Shown: piece by piece, positions 56,259-64,000 of the stretch
Numbering within the stretch: the stretch's first letter is position 1
Layout of the letters: each line of letters starts with the position of its first letter
From: Gammaproteobacteria bacterium
Lineage (GTDB): Bacteria > Pseudomonadota > Gammaproteobacteria > GRL18
Direction of reading: 5' to 3'
Assembly: GCA_016744395.1 (NCBI GenBank)
Contig: JADGEK010000012.1
Coordinates: forward strand, 2,986-66,985
DNA: 64,000 nt
Program-made: the position numbers and the translations under genes
The notes under the pieces: model-generated
Seen by the model: only the letters and a program-made list of their open reading frames with translations
Database searches by the model: none
Told to the model about the DNA's origin: nothing

Positions 56259-58376
56259 CTAAGCATATAATTTTCTATATTCATCTGTCAGGTCAATCAT
56301 TTCTGCAAAGCCAATGATTTCTTTATACTCCTGATTCAATAGTTTAGCAGAGGCTTTATTTAAAGTTTCGACTTTATCTAAAGTCATATTACGATACAGT
56401 TTATCAACAACCAAATTATTCATAAACTTTATATTGATGCAAACTCCATTATTGTTCAGAATAAATGCAACGAGACGCTCAAGTTGCTCATTGTTAATTA
56501 ATTCAAAGTCTGTGATTGAAAAAATACTTTTATTCCCCAATTCATCCGTATCTATATAGAGAAATAACATAAAACTCTGTGTATTTTTATCCGATGCTTT
56601 AACTGTACGCTGATGAAATTCATTGAGTCGTAGTTCAGTGGTTAAAAAACGAAAATCATAACCATGCCCTTGGACATATAATTTTTCTGCAAATTGATTT
56701 GGGGTTTCAGTCATTCCAATTTCACGAATGTAATGATGGTTGGTTCTATCTCTGGTAATGACAATGGGAATAGTCTGAATATTTTCAGTCACAAAGGCTT
56801 CATAAAATGTAGTATTAACCGTATCTATTTTATCTCTTAAACACAACTCTAACTTCGCCCGATTCCGTTTAACCAGTTTAGTGAAAAATTGATTAATGGT
56901 TCTATGACATTCATTGGTATTGCGAATAACACCCAGAAAAAGGCCATCATTTCTCTTTCTGGAAATCATAATGCGATGTGGGATGTTTTTTAACTCAGTG
57001 GAAATACCTTTTATCATTAGACTGGAAAAAGTAATTTCAACGGATGAACCGTTTGGAATATCAACCTCTTGCGTGATTACTAAGCCTAATCCTGAACGGG
57101 AAAAATCAATGGTTTTAGCAGAGTATGTCAGATTATTAAATTTAATTGAAACATCCATTTCGTATTGATAACGAGGGTCATAGCGATGATGTTCAACATT
57201 AAAACTGACAATTTCAGGATGGCGTAATTCAGTTTGATCAAATGTATCAATGACATGTGCATCAGCCATTCTTATTTTTTGGTTATTTCTGATAACTGAT
57301 AGAGTAATAACTTCGCCCGCATTAAATTTTAAAGGCTGTAAAAAGATGGCCTGTCGACAAAATATTTTAGTAATATCAATAAAAATGACCTGAGCAATGG
57401 ATTCTGAAGCGCGTTTATCAATGACCTTGGAGGCCATCGCATCAATGCGTTGGATTTTACTCAACATTGCCGTAATTTTTTCTGCTACAGGCTTTCTATT
57501 AAGATTTGTCATGGTCTTAAATATTCGACCTTTACAGGTTTTTACTTTGAAAGCGACTTGTGACATTTCATCTTTAGTTTGTAATTCAAAATCAAAAACA
57601 GAATGAAAATTATTCTTTTCCCAATAGGTAAACAAGATTGAAGATTCATTATTACGAGCCATCTTTGCAAATTTTTCAATTCGATGTGGGATACAAAAAG
57701 CATCAAATTGGGGTGCTTTTGTCTCATTGCTCAGATACTCAAAAAAGTGTTTGTTTCGGTCGGTTTGTATAACCGTATCAATATAAAACCCCAGTTCTTG
57801 TGTCCAATGAACAAACATAGGGACATGTTGCATATTAACAGAATATAAGTTCTCATAATATTGTGCTTTAGACGCGCAAATTCGATCAGTGGCATCTATT
57901 TTATATCGTAGTCGATTGCCCGTAATGAAACGTTGAAAGAAATCCATTGTCGATGATGAAAGATTCGACTGAATTAAACTAATGTATGTTTTTTCACCAA
58001 CATGTTTAACCTCTTTAATCAAATATTCTATTGTCTCAAAGGGGGTAAACTCATCGACACCACCGATTATGGAGTTTTGACTTTCAACAAATTTATCAAA
58101 GGTTATTGCCACCTTTGTACCTTCCTGAATGAAGGTTCTGGGCATAAATATTTGTAAACCATTGACGGAAAGGTTTTTGCTTTTGACTGAATACTTAATA
58201 CCAGAGTAATTCATCGTTAAAGGCATGACATAAAGTAAACGAGGTTCATTTCGTTTAACAAAATAGCCTAAGGGAAAAATATTAGGTTGATAACTCCCGA
58301 TATTATCAGGAATTTGTTGTTTGATCTTTTTAAAGTAACTCTTATCAGAGGATGATTTGTCAGCTATTGTCGGCAT
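56259..58376 (-). CDS. Large dual-PilZ-domain protein (putative c-di-GMP receptor)
   Basis: First PilZ: RNEPR (residues 42-46), then NLSVNG (68-73). Second PilZ, mid-protein: RYDPR followed by DFSRSG. The rest of the 705 aa is unrecognised. Confidence 0.7.
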   Translation of the reverse strand: MPTIADKSSSDKSYFKKIKQQIPDNIGSYQPNIFPLGYFVKRNEPRLLYVMPLTMNYSGIKYSVKSKNLSVNGLQIFMPRTFIQEGTKVAITFDKFVESQNSIIGGVDEFTPFETIEYLIKEVKHVGEKTYISLIQSNLSSSTMDFFQRFITGNRLRYKIDATDRICASKAQYYENLYSVNMQHVPMFVHWTQELGFYIDTVIQTDRNKHFFEYLSNETKAPQFDAFCIPHRIEKFAKMARNNESSILFTYWEKNNFHSVFDFELQTKDEMSQVAFKVKTCKGRIFKTMTNLNRKPVAEKITAMLSKIQRIDAMASKVIDKRASESIAQVIFIDITKIFCRQAIFLQPLKFNAGEVITLSVIRNNQKIRMADAHVIDTFDQTELRHPEIVSFNVEHHRYDPRYQYEMDVSIKFNNLTYSAKTIDFSRSGLGLVITQEVDIPNGSSVEITFSSLMIKGISTELKNIPHRIMISRKRNDGLFLGVIRNTNECHRTINQFFTKLVKRNRAKLELCLRDKIDTVNTTFYEAFVTENIQTIPIVITRDRTNHHYIREIGMTETPNQFAEKLYVQGHGYDFRFLTTELRLNEFHQRTVKASDKNTQSFMLFLYIDTDELGNKSIFSITDFELINNEQLERLVAFILNNNGVCINIKFMNNLVVDKLYRNMTLDKVETLNKASAKLLNQEYKEIIGFAEMIDLTDEYRKLYA

Positions 58377-58491
58377 AAATTTTTAAATGAATAACTTCTT
58401 TGTACCATTAATTGAATTTTGTTCAGTATAAGTAATATATAGCTGAAATATAATATTTGTCTATTGTTAATTGTTGATAATTTAGGTTTTT

Positions 58492-59184
58492 TTATGATTC
58501 AACTTTGTTATTTTCAATACTTTTCGTGTCTGAATTAGTGAGCAACTCATAATGACGATAATAGAGTACATAGGCCATACTTTGGAATAAAAGTAAGAAA
58601 AAAAGCAATAAGAATGGATGAAGCAACTGTAAAACGCTAAAAATAAGTAAGAATACAAATGAAATGACAAGCAAAAGAATAATATCAATTAATATAGTCA
58701 TACTATAGCCTTTAGTATAGTTAAAACTATTGCTAATGGCCTCAAAGGGCGTTTGTTGTTTTAACATAACAAAGTATGGTACAAGAAACAAACGGGTGAA
58801 AAGCCAGATACCAGGTAAAATAAATAAAAGAAAACCTGCAAAAATTAAAAAGCTGGTAATAACATTTGCTAAGAGCATATATGGCCAACGCTTAAGCCCT
58901 TCAAACAAACAATTGAATACACCTCTCCCCTGTTTGCTTGCCAAACTAAAGATAAGTGCAATCAGCCCTCCTACATAAATTGGCTGTATAACCAAATTCA
59001 TCATTTGAGCAAAGGCTTTAATTGATTCAATGCCAATTTGTTCAGCACTGACATCGCCAAAAAAAATTGGAATGAGTATCTGTGCTAGTAAAATAACAAG
59101 AGCAGCAATTAATAATGTAAAAGCGAACAATTTGAATAAATTAACTCGAAAAAAATAAAAAGCTTCTTTAAATGTTTGTGTCAT
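58492..59184 (-). CDS. Polytopic inner-membrane protein (YciC/UPF0259- or DUF975-like)
   Basis: Five or six hydrophobic segments. LPGIWLFTRLFLVPYFVML...AISNSFNYTKG resembles this family. Confidence 0.45.
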   Translation of the reverse strand: MTQTFKEAFYFFRVNLFKLFAFTLLIAALVILLAQILIPIFFGDVSAEQIGIESIKAFAQMMNLVIQPIYVGGLIALIFSLASKQGRGVFNCLFEGLKRWPYMLLANVITSFLIFAGFLLFILPGIWLFTRLFLVPYFVMLKQQTPFEAISNSFNYTKGYSMTILIDIILLLVISFVFLLIFSVLQLLHPFLLLFFLLLFQSMAYVLYYRHYELLTNSDTKSIENNKVES

Positions 59185-59291
59185 GGGAGTGAATAAGATT
59201 GAATTTCAAATGTTAAATTAAAAGAAATAGTCAAAAGCTCTAGAGATTGTAGAAATAGCAGAGCTTTGATTTTGGTCATAACAATAGTTTT

Positions 59292-62200
59292 TTAGGCTAA
59301 ATTTATAATTTCCATTCCAAGGTCCAGACATTCTTTTTCATGTTCATGATTACTCACTACAGCAATACTACTATCTTTATTTATAAGATAGGTTTTTGCC
59401 ACCCTAACCAGATCTTCAATCGTGACAGCTAAAATTTCTTGTCTGAATTTTTGTCTTTGCTCTGCATTTCGACCAAATAAATTGTTATGAAATGCTTGCT
59501 TAGCATCGCCAGCAGGTGATGCAGGTTTATCAAGACTGCTGATAACGCCTAAAATTGCTTCTTCTAACGCCTGATAATCATGCTCAGTATCAATTAACCA
59601 ATGGATGGATTGTTCAAAGTCAGAATAAGTGTCTGATAATCTAGGATCTCGGTATGAGAAAAATTTAAAACAGGCACTTGCAGAATCTTGGCTGGCACCA
59701 CCACCATAGGCACCACCTTGCTCTCGTATAGTACGGTGCAGATAACCATTTCTTAAGAAGCCACCTAAAATGGTCAATGCTGCAGCATCTGAGTGACCAA
59801 CAGGTACTGTGGCAAATGTTTTAGCACAAAAATTAACTTGAGTACTGGTTAACCAGGCTTGTTTCACATGTTTTTTTATTGGCTTGAGATTAATCAGGCG
59901 ATCATCAGTGGCGGACATTTGAAGCTTATTTGATTCTCCCCATAGATTTAAAATATGCTGACTGCAGGCGGAATACGAATCTTCTTCACAAACCAAAAGA
60001 AATTGAGCAGGTGAGTTCTTTAATTTAGAATGTATGCTTTTTAATAAGTCTGTCAGCTGCAGCAATGCCTCTGCTTCTTGCGTATCATCCTGCAAAGAGT
60101 TATCTAATTCTTTAATAAAGGAAATACTGGCAAGACCACGATTATTATGACTTAAATGTGCCACAGGACTCATTCCACTTGAAGCGGCTTGCATTGCTAA
60201 TGAGTGCCCACTGCCTGTAATACTGTTCTCTTTGCGAGTTCTTAATTGAGAAATGAGTTCTTTAATTCGATCCGTTTCATCAAAACGCATATTTTCAAAA
60301 GAATGCTTTAATAGCTCCGCCATTGCTTCGTGGTTCCTTAATAGCGATTTTCCTGAAACACTATAAAAGCCTAATACTTCTTGCTCGTCCTCCGTTTTGC
60401 CACGCAGACTGCTACTGGCATGTATACCACCTGAGACTTGAGATTGACGTATTTGCATCTGTAAGTAATCATCATTACCACAACCTAACTCACCAAAACA
60501 ATAATTGAATAAGGGTAAAAATTTATGTTCTTCATCGCTGAGATCAGGCAAATCAATGATCATCTGCTGATAGACAAGCCCATTAGTCCCTTGATTATAA
60601 TGAGATATTTTTAAACCCTTTTCACTCTTCTGATTTTTATGATTGTAAACCTGTTCATGGCTTTGTGGTATTTTAATGGCTTGTGGCACATCTTCAATGG
60701 TGACTTTAGGTAAAATATCTTCTACATTGTCTTCAGTCTGGTTTTGTCTTTGCTCAAGTTGAGAGGCAAGATGGATTAAATTCTCTTTTTCGACATCAGT
60801 GAGTGATGCTTTAATGTCTGCCAATTGAGCTTTTTCAGCGTCATTTCGATGCTGTTCCAACTGGTCATCGGGTTTATAAGTGACTCTGACTCGATGTGGA
60901 TTGTTAAGCAATTGAGATTTCACCAGATTTTTTACATAATCTGGATCTTGAGCTTTCTCTCGCAATGTTTGTAAAGCCACATCAAGATTCATATGAGTGA
61001 TCACATCTCCTCGATGGATTGCGGTCGATAATCCTGAGAGAATTAATTGCAGGCCAAATGGATAATGATCACCGCCAATTTCACGTTGACTGAGCTCCAA
61101 TTGGTGTAATACGGCTTCAATTTGTTCTTTATTAATACCATTTTGTGCCACATCTTCAAGGACATCAATCACCAGCTCTTGAAAAGCTTGAGCATTTTCA
61201 GGAGATGAACCTTCAAGCCCACAGAGAAAACTCATTTCTTTATTCGAATCTTCAAGGCCGCATAAGGGTGATGGGGAGTTGCCTAAGTCTGTTGTTTCTA
61301 GTGCGAGCATGAGAGGAGAAGCTGAATTTTCTAATAGTAAACTGGATAAAAATTGTGCTTCAAGTTGTTCTTCAAGGTTAATGCTTTGGCCTAAAAGCCA
61401 GGCCATAACAAGATGCGTTTTATTGCTGTGATCTTCTTCTGCATCCAAGGGGTAGCTTTCTTCAATATTAATTTGTGAAAAATAGCGCTTTTCATTATTG
61501 ACTTGGATGGTTTTATCAAGGCGTTCAAATTGAGACAGCACTTGGTTTTCAAATTTCTCCTGATGTATATGTGCAGGAATATCACCAAAAGTCATAAAAA
61601 CCGCATTACTGGGATGGTAATGTACACGATAAAATTCTTTTAACTCTTCATAACTTAAGTCAGGAATATCAGTAGGTTCCCCGCCACTATTAAAGTGATA
61701 TGTAGATGTTGGAAAAAGGTATTTACTCACCGTCTGCCATAATGCACTGACGGTAGATGACATTGCCCCTTTCATTTCATTAAAGACTACCCCCTTAAAT
61801 TGTAAGTCAGTATTTGCATCATCGCCTTGCTCAAACTCAAGTCGGTGACCTTCCTGGGCAAAATCTAATTTATCCAGACGTGAAAAAAATACGGCATCAA
61901 GATAAACATCCAATAGATTATTGAAATCTTTTGGATTTTGACTGGCAAATGGATAAGCAGTCCAATCGCTACTGGTAAAGGCATTCATGAAGGTATTCAA
62001 TGAACGTCTGATCATCATAAAAAAGGGATCTCTGACTGGGTACTTTTTACTGCCACAAAGTGCAGTGTGTTCAAGGATATGAGCGACGCCTGTAGAATCT
62101 GTTGGAATGGTTCGTAATGCGACTAAAAATACATTTTCATCATTATCAGCCGCAATGTGATAATGGTACGCACCTGTTTTTTTATGCTGAAATTGATTAA

Positions 62201-62342
62201 TGACAATATCAAGTGATTCAATTTGTTCACTCTTTATCCATTCAAAGGTTTCATGACATCTGGTCATTTCAGAAAGGGTGGCATCAGATAGAGATGAACG
62301 AGTTGATTGGTTTGTAGTATTTGTATCAGCGGCAACAGTCAT
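59292..62342 (-). CDS. M16C insulinase-family metalloprotease (PreP-like)
   Basis: Inverted zinc motif HILEHTALCGS with downstream E residues. The size of about 1000 aa is typical of the M16C family. Confidence 0.85.
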   Translation of the reverse strand: MTVAADTNTTNQSTRSSLSDATLSEMTRCHETFEWIKSEQIESLDIVINQFQHKKTGAYHYHIAADNDENVFLVALRTIPTDSTGVAHILEHTALCGSKKYPVRDPFFMMIRRSLNTFMNAFTSSDWTAYPFASQNPKDFNNLLDVYLDAVFFSRLDKLDFAQEGHRLEFEQGDDANTDLQFKGVVFNEMKGAMSSTVSALWQTVSKYLFPTSTYHFNSGGEPTDIPDLSYEELKEFYRVHYHPSNAVFMTFGDIPAHIHQEKFENQVLSQFERLDKTIQVNNEKRYFSQINIEESYPLDAEEDHSNKTHLVMAWLLGQSINLEEQLEAQFLSSLLLENSASPLMLALETTDLGNSPSPLCGLEDSNKEMSFLCGLEGSSPENAQAFQELVIDVLEDVAQNGINKEQIEAVLHQLELSQREIGGDHYPFGLQLILSGLSTAIHRGDVITHMNLDVALQTLREKAQDPDYVKNLVKSQLLNNPHRVRVTYKPDDQLEQHRNDAEKAQLADIKASLTDVEKENLIHLASQLEQRQNQTEDNVEDILPKVTIEDVPQAIKIPQSHEQVYNHKNQKSEKGLKISHYNQGTNGLVYQQMIIDLPDLSDEEHKFLPLFNYCFGELGCGNDDYLQMQIRQSQVSGGIHASSSLRGKTEDEQEVLGFYSVSGKSLLRNHEAMAELLKHSFENMRFDETDRIKELISQLRTRKENSITGSGHSLAMQAASSGMSPVAHLSHNNRGLASISFIKELDNSLQDDTQEAEALLQLTDLLKSIHSKLKNSPAQFLLVCEEDSYSACSQHILNLWGESNKLQMSATDDRLINLKPIKKHVKQAWLTSTQVNFCAKTFATVPVGHSDAAALTILGGFLRNGYLHRTIREQGGAYGGGASQDSASACFKFFSYRDPRLSDTYSDFEQSIHWLIDTEHDYQALEEAILGVISSLDKPASPAGDAKQAFHNNLFGRNAEQRQKFRQEILAVTIEDLVRVAKTYLINKDSSIAVVSNHEHEKECLDLGMEIINLA

Positions 62343-62549
62343 TCCAGACAGAACTCCAATTTATTATAGGTATTATGGAAAAATATTATTCATATTTTAG
62401 TAATTCAGTAAGTATTCAATATGGTATCAGTTATAACAAGATACAAGAAAAAAGTATAAGAAAGCTGAGTTTTTTCAACAAATATGAGAAAAGTTTCAAA
62501 AAATGACTATTATATATAATATTACCTATATAAAAATAAGAGTGCATAC

Positions 62550-64000
62550 ATGTCAGACGATATGAAAAGCAAACTAAAAAGTACCTGGTTAGATGGTGCC
62601 AATGCTGCCTGGCTTGAATCTCTGTATGAAAACTATCTGGAAAACCCTGAATCTGTCAGCCCTCAATGGCGAGTCCAATTTGATGTACTCAAAGACAGTA
62701 CTGCACAAAGCAGCAATGAAACACCGCACTCAATAATTCGTGATAACATAAAACGCAGCTTAAAAAGAAACACACTTTCCAGTCCAGTGCCTCCACAAGC
62801 AGCAAATTCTGTCAGTTCATGTGACATTGGGTATGAGCGAAAGCAAGTACATATCTTACAACTCATTAATTCATTTAGAATTTTAGGCCACTTTAAAGCC
62901 AATCTAAATCCACTGTATCAGGAAAATACGACCAATATTCCAGAATTAACATTGGAATACCACCAATTAACGGAATCAGATCTTAAGTTAGAGTTTGATA
63001 CAGGTTCTCTGAACACTGATGATCGGGCCAATCTCAGTAAGATACTACAGGTATTAGAGCAGACTTACTGCCACTCAATCGGTGCTGAATACATGCACAT
63101 CAGCGACACAATAGAAAAACGCTGGATCCAGAAAAAACTGGAAAGTGCCATCAGTATACCGACTTTACATTACAAAGCACGGCAACGGATATTACGACGC
63201 TTAACAGCTGCGGAAGGATTAGAAAAATACCTGCATACTCGTTATGTTGGTCAAAAACGTTTTTCACTAGAAGGTGCTGAATCACTTATTCCTTTATTGG
63301 ATGAGTTAGTACAGTCTTCCGCAACCTATGGTATTAAAGAAACAGTCATTGGCATGGCACATCGGGGCAGGCTTAATGTCCTCATTAATATTTTAGGCAA
63401 AACACCTGGCGAATTATTTGATGAATTTGAAGGAAAAAAAGAAACAGGTGAATACATGGGAGATGTTAAATATCACATGGGATTTTCTTCCGATATTTTA
63501 ACTCCTCTGTCTTCAATGCATTTAACATTAGCCTTCAACCCTTCCCACCTGGAAATTGTTTCCCCTGTGGTTGAAGGATCAGTCAGAGCAAGACAAGAAC
63601 GTCGATTTGATAAAACAGGTGATCAGATCATTCCCATACAACTCCACGGTGATTCTGCATTTGCTGGCCAGGGTGTAGTCATGGAAACCTTTCAGATGTC
63701 ACAATCCAGAGGATATTGTACAAAGGGGACAATTCATATTGTGATCAATAACCAAATTGGATTTACCACCAGCAATGTTGAAGATGTGCGTTCTACTCAA
63801 TACTGCACCGAAGTATCTAAAATGATTAATGCTCCTATTTTTCATGTCAATGGTGATGATCCGGAAGCCGTAGTCTTTGTGGCTAAACTGGCCCTGGATT
63901 ATCGTATAAAATTTAAAAAAGATGTGGTTATTGACATGATCTGTTATCGACGTCATGGCCACAATGAAGCTGACGAGCCTTCTGCAACACAGCCTATGAT
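62550..64000 (+). CDS. sucA: 2-oxoglutarate dehydrogenase E1 component, 5' part (continues past the window end)
   Basis: Hand translation from ATG 62550: MSDDMKSKLKSTWLDGANAAWLESLYENYLENPESVSPQWR..., later YCHSIGAEYMHI, RFSLEGAESLIPLL, GMAHRGRLNVL, HLEIVSPVVEGS, LHGDSAFAGQGVV. It is absent from the track because no stop codon falls in the window. Confidence 0.9.
   Translation, partial: MSDDMKSKLKSTWLDGANAAWLESLYENYLENPESVSPQWRVQFDVLKDSTAQSSNETPHSIIRDNIKRSLKRNTLSSPVPPQAANSVSSCDIGYERKQVHILQLINSFRILGHFKANLNPLYQENTTNIPELTLEYHQLTESDLKLEFDTGSLNTDDRANLSKILQVLEQTYCHSIGAEYMHISDTIEKRWIQKKLESAISIPTLHYKARQRILRRLTAAEGLEKYLHTRYVGQKRFSLEGAESLIPLLDELVQSSATYGIKETVIGMAHRGRLNVLINILGKTPGELFDEFEGKKETGEYMGDVKYHMGFSSDILTPLSSMHLTLAFNPSHLEIVSPVVEGSVRARQERRFDKTGDQIIPIQLHGDSAFAGQGVVMETFQMSQSRGYCTKGTIHIVINNQIGFTTSNVEDVRSTQYCTEVSKMINAPIFHVNGDDPEAVVFVAKLALDYRIKFKKDVVIDMICYRRHGHNEADEPSATQPM

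Noticed and set aside
56914-58978. Short ORFs within or antisense to the PilZ and membrane-protein genes (56914-57168, 57397-57606, 57542-57727, 58482-58688, 58730-58978).
   Set aside because: They are nested in longer CDSs with better support. 58482-58688 is simply another frame of the 58492-59184 gene region.
62663-63962. Minus-strand ORFs 62663-62902 and 63699-63962.
   Set aside because: They are antisense to sucA, whose plus-strand translation carries unmistakable E1o motifs through to the window end.
1-64000. I looked for CRISPR arrays, tRNA/rRNA genes, IS elements, transposases, integrases and phage genes.
   Set aside because: I saw no spaced direct-repeat array, no cloverleaf-like or rRNA-like sequence, and no DDE, tyrosine-recombinase or serine-recombinase-like translation in the ORF track. 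This was inspection by eye only and is not exhaustive.

Overview
This is an AT-rich chromosomal segment whose gene content looks gammaproteobacterial; that assignment is an inference, since no search was possible. I recognised no rRNA, tRNA, CRISPR array, transposase or integrase. About 55 CDSs look credible. In order along the window: (1) 629-9267, a compact plus-strand cluster with four haem enzymes (a secreted cyclooxygenase/alpha-dioxygenase-like oxygenase, two small catalase-related proteins, a DyP peroxidase) plus two unknown proteins. A lipase-like alpha/beta hydrolase converges on it. This is my best candidate for an undescribed system, a periplasmic fatty-acid hydroperoxide (oxylipin) pathway. 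(2) 11099-14774, a ZrgA-type zinc-uptake ABC cluster. (3) 14986-22603, a translationally coupled RND efflux operon with its own two-component system. (4) 22704-25912, a four-loop EF-hand protein divergent from a BaeSR-like two-component pair, with conspicuous repeat motifs in the shared intergenic region. (5) 26045-33488, a stripped-down flagellar set (fliD-fliS-fliT converging on flgD-flgE-flgK-flgL) with no rod, ring or flagellin genes. (6) 34028-40552, a surface-antigen-like protein, a CHASE2/degenerate-GGDEF/EAL protein with its FecR-LysM partner, and an MCP. (7) 41369-46192, a decayed patatin-like pseudogene, envelope/stress small membrane proteins, and a secreted protein built from 16 phased 11-residue Trp/Lys repeats. 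(8) 48260-52182, a metallophosphoesterase, a CHAD protein and an orphan ParA, a candidate polyphosphate-granule module. (9) 53025-58376, a tight 5-gene operon encoding a dual-PilZ protein, a TPR-like protein, a WD40 lipoprotein, a DUF6499-like protein and a tail-anchored receiver protein. (10) Housekeeping genes: an M16 protease and the 5' part of sucA. All family assignments rest on motifs I could read in the translations. No HMM or BLAST search was run.
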